From Antedon mediterranea (taxonomy: Eukaryota > Animalia > Echinodermata): DNA of 64,000 nt. Both the position numbers and the translations under genes were made by a program. The stretch's first letter is position 1, and each line of letters starts with the position of its first letter. This document shows, in pieces, positions 1-14,300 of this stretch. Under the pieces are notes generated by a model. That model was not told the DNA's origin, searched no databases, and saw nothing but the letters and a program-made list of their open reading frames with translations. The stretch is taken from assembly GCF_964355755.1 (NCBI RefSeq), contig NC_092674.1, forward strand, positions 31,310,001 through 31,374,000, read 5' to 3'.

Positions 1-79
1 AGCTTATTCATGTAATAAGCCTACCCCAAAGTAATTAAAGGATGAAATAAATTTAAATAAAATTTTTTTAATAGATTAC

Positions 80-755
80 CTTTAGTACAAGTCCTAGATC
101 TCCTACTAAGGGCTGCTTTTTTGGTTCTTCAATCTCCCACTCCCCATCATATTTGGCAATTTCTTCTTCTACCCCTTCTTTCTTTGCCTCGGATGGTATC
201 CAACTAGACAAAATTAAAATCTTATTAATGCAAAATTTCACATGTTGGTTTTAGCTTATTCTCTACTGGTTAATACAGTACATTACCTTGGAAATCAAAT
301 TAACTCTACAAATTAAATCTTATTATTCTGAACAAATACATTATGTCCCAGGAAACAATAGTAAGACGTAAGATTACTATTAACTGTAACACGCAGAAAA
401 TGGAAATTAGAATCAGTAATTGATTGTATTTTAATCTGGGCTTTGTGTCTGCATACAATGGTTAAACAGACATAATGGAAAGAACAATTATAAATGTCTA
501 AAACTCAGGAATTAAGCAAGGCCAGTGAAAGTGAAAGATAGAGTATTACTTAAAATAAAAAATCTGAATATAATAGACAACATTGTTTTACCTTGATCCT
601 AAAACATCAACACTTTCAAATGCCTGAGCAAAGTAAGTGTCACCAATTGGTTGTGGTGCTGAGTATTCATTAATGATTGTCTCTACATTTTCCTCCTCAG
701 CTCCCACTAGCAGGAATGACAACAGACAAAGGATACCTATTGTTAAACTTCTCAT
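80..755 (-). CDS. CANX: Calnexin, first two coding exons (592-755, 80-203); gene continues beyond the left edge
   Basis: Signal peptide MRSLTIGILCLLSFLLVGA. Exon 2 translates WIPSEAKKEGVEEEIAKYDGEWEIEEPKKQPLVGDLGLVLK, matching the calnexin N-terminal IAKYDGxW...GDxGLVL region. GT-AG boundaries are in phase. A possible non-coding exon has its donor at 1723. Confidence 0.93.
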
Positions 756-1810
756 TTTAATTACTGAAATAACAAAAGACAATTCTTTGTGTAATTATAT
801 GTATATAGATACAGCGACAGACGCAACAGATACATTAACATATGGCTATTTGTAATATCATTTTTAATCAAGTTGAATATGCTATTCGGGAAATACAATT
901 ATATTTACCAACCCTAGTTTACTGTTGTAGTATAGGCCTAGCAGCAATATAGAATCTATCAATTATTATTAACAGCTGTAATTTATTGAGTACTATTACT
1001 ATACCCAGTCTAGGCCTAGAATAGAAAGGAGTAATTTTAAGTAAGCAAATTTGAAATTTTGCAAGACTTTTGTTGCGCAAATAAAATTGCAAACAATTTT
1101 TTATTTAATTGCGCAAATAATAAATAAATTAATTTTAAATCATAAAAATGCATTAATTTGACTAGGCCTAGGCTAGTTAGACAAGAGCTTTAGGTAGTCT
1201 ATAACAATAGTATACTAGTCCTAGTAAGGGTAAATAAGGTGTAAGGTCTAGGCCTAACTAATCTAAGTCTAACTATAGCCTACTTACTAAAAATACACAA
1301 AAAAGACCATTCCATTCGCATTTAATATTTATCTTTTTTTAAACCAATTTACTGTTATAATATTTAGGCAGGCCTGGCCTAGTAGGCTATTATCTAAACT
1401 AACAAAGTACTGAATATAAGTTAAGAACATTATAAAGTATTAAAATGACAAAAAAAACAAGACTTTTGCAGCCCATGTTAACAAAAGGGGAGTGGCTTAG
1501 CCTAGCCTAATGTGTTAGCTAATATGAGCATCCAGAACGTTCCACACACAACCGCAACGTAAGCGGTGTGGTGGTGTCTCGCGCAGCAGACCCCCAATCA
1601 CTCGGAGCTAGCGCTAACCGGCATAAACAAAGACATGCAAAAACGTTACAATTACATATTTAATACTGTATTTACAGTTAAATAATTGCGCACATTGATT
1701 ACATAAATCTTTAGGTTACCTACCTCTTATCAAGCGAAACGGCTAGAGGAAACACTATTTCTTGAGAAAGCAATATTTAGCAACACAATAAAGACCCACG
1801 CTGGATTTCT

Positions 1811-1829
1811 CGTGGAGCAATGTGACTGG
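1811..1829 (-). promoter_or_regulatory. ERSE-like element near the calnexin 5' end
   Basis: Minus strand reads CCAGT-cacattgct-CCACG versus the ERSE consensus CCAAT-N9-CCACG (one mismatch), next to the putative first exon of an ER chaperone gene. Confidence 0.35.
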
Positions 1830-3014
1830 CTGGAATTAATGTTGTTCAGAACAGAGTTAATACGCATGCGTCGTACATCAAAATGGAATTTTTAGTAATT
1901 TCACAATAAAACATTGAATATTATTATTAAAAACATACTGAAAATAGATATTACATAGTCATAAATATTTCTATTCCAAAAAGAGTTACAGTAAACATAT
2001 AAATTACCTGGTGAATATAGCATATAGTTTTATTCGTGGACGTGAAAGGCCTGATTTTATTTTAATTTAAAAAAAATCAATTACCATCCATCAAATCATT
2101 AATAGTTATTACATAATCTATTCTTTCTATTCTATTCTAATCTATCTACTTTTCTTATTTCATTTTGTGATGTATGAAAATCATACATTGTCATTATTAA
2201 ATAGTATGGCCATTACGGGGCCATTACCCTTGGTGGTCCTCTGGGTGGCCAAATGAAATTCATCTATGAATACATTTTTATCTATTTTATGGTGGTACGT
2301 AGGCCTGCCAAAATTAACCTAACAAATGAAAAATATATACAGTTTTATATTGTTTTATGGTGAGTAGACGGCGATCAAAAAATTATTAATTAGATCATTA
2401 TTCGCAGCTGTACTCTATTGCCTTTTATACTAATTTAGGTAGCGTAAGATAAGAAGGTGGTTAAGTTAAGCAGTTCTTTTTTTGTGTGGTAAAAAAGTTA
2501 TATAACTCACCAACAGAGGGCGTTATCGATAAAAACAACTAAACTTCTATCTTTTTGCTGCGTCGCTCCGCAACGAATGACGCTTTTAATTATATATTAT
2601 AATTGACTATGCTAATAAACTAGTAATAAGGTAAATATAAATTATATGTGACTTTCTGAATAACTAGGATTAGTTAATAAACGACCTAGTGCCATGGTTG
2701 TCTGTATACTACCCTATAAAAAGGTTAGCTAGCTAGGCCTATCTAGGCCTAACTATAGAGTCTCTGCCTACTCTCAGCAGAGGTACAAAACTCAAATAAA
2801 CAAGGATCAAAGATGTTTCGGCCCAGAAAGAGACGATTCGGCCCACTTTTAATCCGTTATTTAATGTTTTTATGTTATTATGTTTAGTTTGTATGTATTT
2901 GACAATTGATTTAACATTTTCATTATAGAGAATGCCTTGTCTCACTTACAAGGTACAGTAGAAGTAAAGCAGTAATATTTTGATTGAAAAAACAAGTGTA
3001 AACAAACTCAAACA

Positions 3015-6000
3015 ATGGAGCTCAATTTAACCAGAGTTGACTATTTACAGGTAAAAACACATAAAATAGCAATTTAACTAGAGTGGACTATTGACAGGTA
3101 AAAACATATAAAATAGCAATTTTAGTATTCAAGTCTACTTCTTCATTCAATTTATTTTAAAATGTTTCTCGTTGTAGGTTGGAGTGACTTGTCCACGCAC
3201 AATGCGTTTGCTGCCAGAGAAGAAGACTAAAGCAGCGCAGAAGGTTGCCGTGGGGGACCAAGAAGGTACCCTTCATTGTTTTGGCATGAAAAAGGGTGAA
3301 ATTGTGGTATGTATTGTTTTTGTAAACCCTCAAACCATGGAGTTTATTCCTTCATTTATTTTCTTTATTTCAGTTATTACATCCATATACAATTCATACA
3401 AAAAACAAAAAAGAGAAACAATTTATACCTCCATGTTTAAATAAGCTCAATTTAGCTGTGTACTAGATATATGTCCACTTACAACTTTGAAATCAATCAT
3501 CATTGAGTGATGGTTACAGTTATTTCATGAATGTTCTCTTTTCTTTAGCAAAATTTTAAGACTCTACCTGGAGCAAAGATAAGCAGGCTGGAACTTGGTG
3601 GTCCTCTTGATGCTGTTCAGGAGAAGATTTTTATTTCATGTGGGTCAGAGGTTAAAGGCTTCAGCAAAAAAGGAAAACAATTCTTGGGATTTGATACTAA
3701 CCTAACAGAAAGTATTAAAACAATGTAAGTGGAAAATGATGGTAGAAAACATTACTTGTATATTATGCATCTCATCTCTGAAAGCGTTTTAGAAACCAGA
3801 GGGTCCACCTAAGTTTGATACAGCATACATGATAATGGTAAACAACTCTTGACAAAAGAAGCCATTATGATTAATAACATACAGTATTTATAAGTACCAA
3901 GAGTGTTCAATCAATTGACCAATCAAATAACAAACAAAGAACCAATCAAAATCAATCAAATAATAAACCAAGAACCAATCAAAAACAAGTAACCAATCAA
4001 AATAAGGAGATGATTTTTTACTTAAATTAATTAATGGTATCAATATTTTTGCATTCTTAGGTGGGTGTGTGGTAGCCATCTGTTACTTGGGGGTAGCTAT
4101 ATCTTCAACCATTATTTAGACTGCAAAGATGAGAACTACTTTCTTTCAAGTGACCACATCAATGATGTTATATGCCTGCCGTTGAAAAAAGTCTCCAACG
4201 TGACTCCAATTCTTGCTTGTCAGGATCGTGTGCTGCGTGCAATTGATGGCTCGGATTTATTGTACGAGGTAGAAGTTGCGGGGCCACCACAAACGATGGC
4301 ACTTTTTGGAAGAGATGGAGGTTTGTAGTAGACATTCCTTTATAACCTTTTCAACAGGGGAGTTCTAACCACTTACTTCTGTCTTATCCTTTGACTCTTT
4401 ATAAACACTTCACATTCAATAATATATTTTTTCTTCAAGGTGAAAATGGAGATGAAGTTTTGTATGGAACATCAGATGGTAAAATTGGATTTGTAGAAAT
4501 AGGAAGGTAAACATTCGTTTATTCAATATATTATATTCCCCACACATATATTAAAAATATACCATGCATAAAAATAGAAATACGCACAAATATATTAAAA
4601 TTACCATACATATATTAAACATATGCACACATATATTAAAATACAAAAAAAATCTGATTCAAGTATATCAAATCACTGGATATATTCTCTTAAACCATAC
4701 TTTTCTAATAATGTTTATCTTTAACAGAGAACATCCAATTCATAAGTGGGAGATTTCAAATGATAAAAGAAGAGGTGGTATTCAGTGCATTGATACCTAT
4801 GACATCACGGCTGATGGTGTGCCTGATATTTTAGTTGGTAGAGATGATGGACAGGTGGAGGTGTATGCATATGATATGACAGAAGACCCAACCATGAAAT
4901 TTAGCCAAGTAAGCAATGTTATTGCTTATCTTATATAGTGAATGGAACTCTAGTAACAAGTCACAGTGACTTTTTAGTCCTCACATACATATTACAGTAC
5001 TTAGTCCAGAACATACCCAAACTTGTATGACTAGATTCCTTCATACACAGTTATTTTAATGTACTACTTTCAATTATAGATAAAAGTTTGCATTTTTTCA
5101 TGAACAATTTGTTTCAAATAGTGTGTGAGAAATCTAATATTATAACTGTTCTTTATAGTCTTTAAGTGAAAGTGTTAGCTCCATTCAAGGTGGAGTTGTT
5201 GGATCGGGAGGTCACGATGAGGTCGTCTGTTGCACATATGCAGGTAAACTAGTTTTTTTTACTCTATTATTCAATAGTTTGTTAAACTAGATTTTGAATC
5301 ATATTCAGTCAAATACACTGATGTAATCAATAAAAAAGTCCTTAAATAGATTAATCTGAACATACAAATAGGCATCAGAATATATGCATTCTGTTTCTAC
5401 AGGCTGGATACAAGGGTTAACAACTGAACCTCAACAAAAGGCAGTGGGTCCGGGTCAAAAGGTCGAAATAAGTGAAGAATCACAAACAAAGATAACAGCG
5501 CTCAAGTAAGTCAAGTCAAATAAACATTTCTTTCATTTTAAATTTTTCCAATCATAATTTTTGAATATGGTTATAATTATTAGTAATTACTTTTTCAAAG
5601 TACATAATAAAAGTAAAATAGTGATATCCATTTATTTGTTATAATTTAATCACTGAAACTATATTGTACAGACATGAAATGGAAGAGTTGCAACGAAAAG
5701 TAATTCATGAACGTGAAATCTATCAGCACGCAGCCTTATCAAAGAAGGACGGCATATCCGCCCTCCCACAATTCAACATTAATGACCACTTCACCTTAAA
5801 CAAGGACGATGCCAGTTATAATTTAAGCATCGAGGTTCAAGTTGCAATTGACAATGTGCTGTTACAGAGTGATGTACCTATTGACCTTTTAGATGTCGAG
5901 AAAAACTCTGCTGTTATAAGCTACAGTGCATGTGATTCTGAGGTGAGTTTTGTCTTAATTTTTTAAAATCTTAATGCAAATAATAAAAAACTTTCCCCAT

Positions 6001-7801
6001 ACTCACCATTTACAAACATTGTAGATTGGTAACTAAAAATAAAATGACCACCATGAAGACCAAAAGATAATGGGATGAACCAAATAAAAAAAAATATTAA
6101 AATGTAAAATATGTAGATATTTACACAATAAACAATGCTGCCCTAAACATGCAAAAATGTAAACAAATCGTGGAAAGCACAAAGACTGGAAATGGAAAAT
6201 TGAACTAAAATTTACAGTTATAGGTTTTTATCTTAATTTAAGAATGGAAACTTTTTATTGGCAACGTACCGATGTCAAGCAAACACAACAAGACTTGAAC
6301 TGAAGGTCAGGTCAATCGAGGGTCAGTATGGCGTTTTGCAGGCATACATCACTCCACGTATTCAGCCCAAAGTCTGCCAAGTGCGCCAATACCTCATAAA
6401 ACCACTCTCTTTGCATCAACGTATACACAAATTGGATGAATCGAGGTAAGTAGATCCACTTATTTGGCTGTTAAAATGACAATTTATGATGATTTATTTA
6501 CTAGGAATAGCCAACTAGTAATATGATAACTATATGATTCGTTCTTCTTTTTTTCTGTCAGAGTAATGAACACCTTGAAGCTGACAGGCAATTTCAGCCT
6601 AGCAGAAATACACTCGTGGGTGAACCAGTGTCTACCTGAAATTCCAGAAAGGACACCACCAGGGGACAGCATCCGCTTCTATTTTATGTCTACATTCCTG
6701 GAAACACAACTAGATTGCTCTTACAGGTACTACTACTACTCTACACTATCAATAAAATGTGATATGCACATATATAGACATGATGTCATATCACTACCAT
6801 ATTTGGGCACATCACACTTTTTTTTATCAAACTAGTTTGATAGTGTAGACGGAACATAAAGAGTATCTCTAGATATCCCCTTAAAGAATGTTCATATTTT
6901 ATGATTAGATGAAGCATTTTGGAATTGGTTGCATCTGTCTACACAAACACATTTCAATTTCTTTTTACCTATAATGATATAGTTTTTAATCTCTACAGAA
7001 AAGGAGAGGGTATTTTCCGATCAGACAATATCTCAACGATTTCAATCATGAAAGACGTTCTAACAAAAGAAGCAACAAAGAGGAAGATCAACCTCAATAT
7101 TTCTTACGAGGTCGTGGATGACACAATTCCTGCAACGCTCTGGAGGATCCATCCTAAGCTGGAGTACCAACTGTTATTAGCAAAGAAGTTCCAACTTATT
7201 GAAGCGCTTAAGGTAAAGGTTCAGACTTATTACTGGACAAAGTGTGGTTTAGGATGTCTACCTTAACACCAAACTAACCTTTAAGAGAAGGATAGTGAAT
7301 GAATTCGCTTATGGTTTAATCCTTGGAAATTTGCCTAAATATAAAGGAAAGCCTTCAATGACAACTTACAATGTTTTAATTTATAACTGATATCATGTTT
7401 ATGTAATAAAAATTATAACATATTTCATGTTTTAGGAACTTCAAATTCATGAGCAAGACTTAACATTTATGTCACCGGAGTATCGACAAATTTTGGATGA
7501 TGCTGACAAACTACAAGATGAATATAAAAAGCAACCATGTCGACTAGAAAGGTTATATGGTAAGTTATAGCAGCAAAAGTACCTGATAACATTATCTATA
7601 TTTTACTAGCCTGTGAAAGGGGTATTTCTTTCCCTGATTAATCTACCTTTTTGTCTTTTAGGTATGATCACTGATTTGTTTATTGACAAGTTTAAGTTCA
7701 AAGGGTCAAATGTCAAATCAAAGGTTCCTCAACTACTTGAAGTCCTGGATCATTATGAGGTTGAAAATCTGATGGAATTCTTCAATACAGGAGGAAATTG
7801 A
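3015..7801 (+). CDS. BBS7: Bardet-Biedl syndrome 7 protein (BBSome subunit), complete, 14 coding exons
   Basis: Exons 3015-3050, 3178-3306, 3549-3724, 4061-4320, 4440-4506, 4728-4908, 5159-5243, 5403-5505, 5672-5942, 6243-6445, 6562-6726, 6999-7212, 7436-7559, 7662-7801, all GT-AG. Translation [16 protein letters not shown]..., [46 protein letters not shown] matches BBS7. Confidence 0.97.
3023..3116 (+). repeat. 47-bp tandem duplication spanning the BBS7 exon 1 donor
   Basis: caatttaaccagagttgactatttacagGTaaaaacacataaaatag (3023-3069) is followed by a slightly diverged copy (3070-3116). Confidence 0.85.
6740..6850. mobile_element. MITE family 1 copy (PIF/Harbinger-like), BBS7 intron
   Basis: tctacactatcaa...ttgatagtgtaga inverted termini with internal gtgcccaaatatggtagtgatatgacatca-type sequence shared with other copies. 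Confidence 0.7.
7280..7345 (+). mobile_element. 3' fragment of tRNA-derived SINE family B
   Basis: aaggatagtgaatgaattcgcttatggtt...ttggaaatttgcctaaatataaa is the reverse complement of the tail of the element at 40935-41180. Confidence 0.55.
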
Positions 7802-7965
7802 ACTATTAAGCAATAAATTAAACCAAACATTTTGAAACATCTAATTAATTGTAATAGTGTATAAAGAAATAGAAATACAGTGATCCATGAAGTATAACCC
7901 AGAAACAAAACAGAGAAATAAATCTGTGTGTCCCATTGGCACGATATTCTTAATGTTTCCCTGTC

Positions 7966-8272
7966 ATGACAGCAAAGAACGCTAACTACAACAACTATGT
8001 ATTTACTATCAAGTGGAATATACGATAATGACAGCAAAGAACGCTAACTACAACAACTATGTATTTACTATCAAGTGGAATATACGATAATGACAGCAAA
8101 GAACGCTAACTACAACAACTATGTATTTACTATCAAGTTGAATATACGATAATGACAGCAAAGAACGCTAACTACAACAACTATGTATTTACTATCAAGT
8201 GGAATATACGATAATGACAGCAAAGAACGCTAACTACAACTATGTATTTACTATCAAGTGGAATATACGATA
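7966..8272. repeat. 62-bp minisatellite x5 downstream of the BBS7 stop
   Basis: Unit atgacagcaaagaacgctaactacaacaactatgtatttactatcaagtggaatatacgata; copies near-identical. Confidence 0.95.
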
Positions 8273-8811
8273 ATGAATTAAGATTTTAGCTTAAACTTGT
8301 TTATTGCAAAGTGTTGTGTATTATGTAATTTTGAAATATGGGAGCTGAAAGTAGGTCCTCAAAATAAAGTGCTGAATTGTTCTATATTTTGCATTTTAAA
8401 TTTCCATTTATAAATTTAGGGGGCTGGGGTGTTATGCATTAGTGTCTATTGGAGAGCCTGAAAGTAGTTTCTGGGTTGGGTTTTCCCCATGCTTTGTAAA
8501 TTGTATATATTTATATATAGAAAAGATGCACTACTTATGTTCTGATGTATGTTTGAGAAATAAACAAAATATGAAAATGTATTATGTTGTGATGGTAGTT
8601 TATTACAAAAAATGTACTTTTAGAATTGGTAATATATTACTCACATCTATATCAGAAGCTCATAAATTTAATTTAATGCTAAGAAGTACTGAAAAACCAG
8701 TTTCATTTTCAGTCAATTTACCTTGTGCTGTTGAAGGCCACAAGTGAAATTTGTCATATTTTAAGCATCATGGATGGCAACATTTGAGCATAAACAATTT
8801 AGTCTTCAAGT

Positions 8812-8960
8812 GATAAACTTTATTTGACAAAAAAATGTGACATGCCCAAAAAATGTGATGTGCCCATATATGGACATTATGATGTCATAGCACTACCAAT
8901 CCATATAAGCATTTATAACTACCATATTTGGGCACATCACACTGTTTTTTGTCAAACTAG
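8812..8960. mobile_element. MITE family 1 copy
   Basis: tgtgatgtgcccatatatggacat...tttgggcacatcaca core shared with the other copies. Confidence 0.65.
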
Positions 8961-11342
8961 ACAGAACTTTTACATAAAGTACATTTGTCCAGCAAAACAC
9001 CAAATTTGGAAATAAAGAAATATTTGTTCACTCAAGAACAGAATTGTAAAGTAAACAGTGTTAGCCTATGTATGAATTGAATTGCTGGATAAGATCACGA
9101 CCCTCATGCCCACCAAAATAAGAATGAATTAATCATGTGCTAGCTAAGCTAAATATTTACCTTAATAATATAAAACGATAGTAAGTTTCCTACTTACATG
9201 GAATTATCACATGTAGGCCCCTACTATGTATTCCTTTTTAGTTTCACTCTTGTCATGTTGGTACCTTGGCCTACCGTCTTCTTCTGTAGGTTGGTAGGCC
9301 TAGATTATACTATTTGTTTACATATAGCAGTTAATTAAATCAGCAGTTTCTAATCCGAACGCAATCGCTAAACTTCTTCCTTTATAACTTTTGTTTTTGT
9401 TGACAAAATCATATATTACTTACTATTTTATTTCTTATCAAGTAACTCCGTGTTGGTTGTTGTGGTTTTTTTTGCCCGTGTGGCATTTTGTTTTGGGAAT
9501 TCTCTCATCTGTGATCACGGAACATGATTGGTGAATACAACCACGTGATACCATTTTCAGACTTGGCGGATCATTTGAACGTCCCTGTTTACACGTGTAT
9601 CGTCCCTGTTTACACGTGTATCGTTCGCGGCGACCATATCACTCTCATGCGGTGGTATTATATAAAAAGAGAGTACCGAAATGATAAATACTAAAAAAAA
9701 TTCCGATTTATGGAGTTCTTTTGACATGCTAATATATTAAAAGTTGTATTATGATTGAAAATGTAATTAGATTCACGAGAACAATTAATAAACAAAGAAT
9801 GAAATCATGAAAATATTATATGGCCTATATTTTATTAGAAACAACTGTTTACATATTATTATTACTATTAACAATTATAGAGATATGAACTGGCTGAAGA
9901 AAATACATTTGAATGAACTGGGATGCATGTCCTTCTGGTGTATGTAAATACCTATTACTTCTCATGTCAACAAAATACATAATGTAGATGTGTATACATT
10001 AACAGATTCCAATCTCAGTGTCAAATAGTTACCAGGTTGAGTATACCATGTGTTTGGCAGGATGTAATTAAATTATAGGTTGCATAGGCATACATTTCAA
10101 TAATAGACACAACACAGAGAACATATTAACTGAATGTTGAGGTTTTTTTGTATAAATGTATTTCAAAATTACTGTTTTTACGCAATTAAAACATGTTAGC
10201 TTATATTATATAAATGGCAACATTTTTTTGACAAAGGCAGATCTATAACGTTTTTGTAAGTCACACAAAAGGCTATTACAATTTTAATGAGATCTGTTTA
10301 CTGATATTCTAGAAAGAAGACAAGCTCAAGACCATATGACTGGAAGCCCACTACATCTGCTAAATTCTTGGTCAAGAAACAGAATAGGTTTATCATCCAA
10401 CTGTACTGTCTTGAGGAGATCTAGCCCCTCGGACTCCTTGCTATTTCTATAAAAACATTGGAGCAGAGCGCAAGCAGTTTAAAGATCTCATATTCAATTG
10501 AAAACAGTGCAACTTGTTTTAAGCAAATAATTTAAGCATTTCTACATACAAAACAATTTCTACTTACATAGATTTCGCGTTGTTTTTTTAAGCGCTACAC
10601 AATTTGATGAAATGATGCAAATGTTTTATTTATACTTAAAAATCTATCAATCTACAGACACACAGAATCAATATATAATTTACACATAATGAAGAAAGGA
10701 TGGACACCCTACTTAAATATAAAACATTTAGCGGGTTTTGGCAAAGAAAGTTGCATATTCAACATCTTAACTAATAATAAACTTAATAATTACTAAAAAG
10801 ACAATTATTTCATTCATTATTTTTGTTTAATCACTTTCAAAATTGATGAATTTTATCACATTTGCATTTTGCTAGTAAAATGTAAATATTTTCATAAACT
10901 AAAATTATGAGTATTTTTATTTTGATAGTACGATAATAAATAATCCCCTTGAGGTATTACTAACATTTAAACTAAATATTAACTTATTATTATTGTTTAT
11001 ATACTTTTAAATAATAAAAACTAATGATTATTATGTGGAAAGAAGAGAGTTGTAATTGGATTAAACACATTTATTGGTCTAGCCAATATAAAGCATAAAT
11101 AGTAGATTCGACAACTTATATAAAGACTATAAATATAAAAAAACCAATACAAATAAAATGGTCCAAAGTATAAACAATTTAACCATGTGGATGGATCACA
11201 CTGACTGGTTACAACCAGTTGTTGAGAACAAGCTCAAACCGGTTAAATACCATGATTGTATTAAAACCAGTTTAAACTGGTTATAACATGTTAGAGTAAA
11301 TGGTTCAAACTGGTTTAGAAATAATGCTTTTATACAGAATGT

Positions 11343-14300
11343 TTATTTCTTCTTTCCCTTCAATGTGGTGGTTTGGGCAGCCATTTCTTCGGCATGGATT
11401 TGCTTTTGTTTGTTAAATTGGTTTATTTCCTCCTCCAACTCTCTTTTACTATCCTCTAATTTCTTCTTCTCTTCAGCATGTTGCTTTTTCAGTTTCTCAT
11501 ATTGATCATGTAGCTATAACAAATAAAAAAAATAAATGTGTATTCTATTTTTTTAAACATAAAATCACCAATGTAATTTAATGTATTTTATCAGCATGTA
11601 TTGTTTTCTGTAGAGGGCCTATCAGCTGTACTGTCGCTGTTAGTGCTTCCCTTGTGAAATAAATAAACATCAAAATCATTGTAACATCAGGGAGATGTCT
11701 CCCTGGTAACATTACACATTTTTTTTATGTAATTTGTAACTAATTTATGTGTACCTCTTTTTCTTGTTGTTTAAGCTGAGCTTCCTTTTCTTTCACCTTC
11801 TGCACAAACACATGCCTCATTTCATCTTCTCTTGTCTGTAGCTCGTGCATATGCTGCACACGTTTTGCTTCATAGGTCTCCTGTAAACTGGTGGCAAAAT
11901 GGTACAATTCATGATTATTTACTAGTATACAAATAATGCACAAGTCACAGTGCGTTAATTAGTCACGTTTTGCTTTGCTTTTTGCTTCGTATAAATCATG
12001 ATTATTGACTAGTAAGTAATAGTACATCATTTGTTTCCACTTAAGAAAAAGATCATACCATAACAATTGACGTAATTTTGACATCACCATCACTTTTGGA
12101 AACGCGAAAAATGTATGGCAGACCATATTTTACTCGCCATGAAGGCCTATGGCAGACCATATTTTACTCGCCATGAAGGCCTATGGCAGACCATATTTTA
12201 CTCGCCATGAAGGCCTATGGCAGACCATATTTTACTCGCCATGAAGGCCTTTAAACACTGTTCATTGCATAACAAAATCTTGACTTCATGAGTACTCATG
12301 ATTACCCTTATTTTCCTAGAATTTCACTGTTGTTTTAGTTGAAAAATTGTAAATGTTCATTTTATGACTCAAAAGCACTGTCTACATATCAAACTAGTTT
12401 GACAAAAAAAAATGTGATGTGCCCAAATATGGTAGTTATACAGTATGCCAAAATATGGTAGTGATATGACATCATGTCCATATATGGGCACAACACATTT
12501 TTTTGTCACAAAGATTGATAGTGTAGACAGAGCTTAAGTCTTACCTGATTGGTTTGTTGCCTGGTCCTTTATCTTGGAATCCCATCTCCTCTAGCTTACA
12601 ACGTCTGTATAATTCATAATGACTTGTGTGCGTCTCCTCTATCAGGTCTTCCATATTGGTCCGTATCAACATCTCCCGTAGTTTCACAAAATCACAATGA
12701 TTTTCATTCTCAACTGAAAATATTATTTTAAGATAAGATAAAAACTTTATTGTCATGACCACAACAAGGTGAACATGAGATTTGTTTTTCTTAATGCTTA
12801 TAATTACACACACAACACAGAAAAATATATATATAAAGAATAAAATTAGAAAACGCACATGGTTCAAGTTCAAGTTTTTATTGTTTCACACAATACAACA
12901 CAATATGAACAGAAACATAAATTAATAAATACAATTGTGTGAGGAGGACGCATTAAGCCAAGGCTTTATGTTTGGTCCTCCAGAAAACGCACATGGTTAC
13001 AAGAGGGATAAAAATGAGTGAGTTGAGTTATACATGTATTGAGTTGTGGACAAATGATTTCCTACATCATTAATATGTTTAATACAAAAACCAAATCTTT
13101 TAGGGGGGTTGTGGGCGAGTTTATAAGTGGATACATGAAGAAATGCACAAAACAAAATCTCACCTAGCACAGTTCCCCACGGGTACTGTCGTCCTCGTAC
13201 CATCTTGTTACCTAGTTTGATTTCTTCTGTGCTGCCAACCACAGCAAATGGAAGATGACCCTAAAAATGAACAGACAGGGAATGGTATAAGTGCCACCTT
13301 TGAAATGTATCATTAGCTTTCATCACAAAATTACACAAACATGTGCTTACATTCATTGTTGTGTTAAGTCCAGAGACAGCTTCATCGTCGGTAGGAAATT
13401 GGTAGATTTGGACGCCATTTGTTACAAGTTCGTTCATGATCTATAAGACAGATATCATGTTTTGAATATTTAAATTAAAACAAATTACAATGACGTCAAA
13501 TATTGTTACAAGAAAAAAATATGATGGATTTTAAAAACTGTAATGTATCATCCAATGTATTCAAATAATTGTTATTTTTTGATTATCGAAAAGAAAAATT
13601 ATTTGAATACTATACAGAGATCCAGATGAATCTTGTTCCTATCATTCAAGGTGCTATTGGAAGTGTTCAACAGAAATTTGTAACGTAAGAGCAATCAGAG
13701 AGACTTTAAACCTGATGAGTGGACATCTAGTCTTACCTTAATTTTAAATTTGTGAAGTTCACTCTTTGATATAGTATCTGCCTTGGCAATAACTGGTATG
13801 ATGTTAACCTTGCTGTCCAGTTTTTTCATAGTGACCAAGTCGAGTGATTTCAGCCCATGTCCAGTTGGGGCGATGAAGTAAAGGCAGGCGTGAATTCGTG
13901 CGTCATGGTACGAATGTATTGAACGACGGATTTTTAATTCCTCTTGTAGATAGTCTTCAAATTGCTGATCAATGAAGTCAACAATTGGTTTGTAGCTAGA
14001 AAGATTTTTAAAAATGTTTACTGTAACTAGAAACACAACATTCCATAAAAATAAAAAATCAAATATTAAACAAAAATATAAATATCATGAATACAATTTG
14101 TTTGTGCTTAAATTTGATAACAATTGATTATGTATAAACAATTGTTTTTATCAAACCAATGGTACGAATTATGAGATTAATTATTTAATTATATTGTATT
14201 ATTTAAGAATGTACTTAAAATTACACTAAATATTACTATAAACCAATATTAAAAGTACCTTTCTTCTTTATTGATTTGATCTCCAAAGCCTACGGTATCA

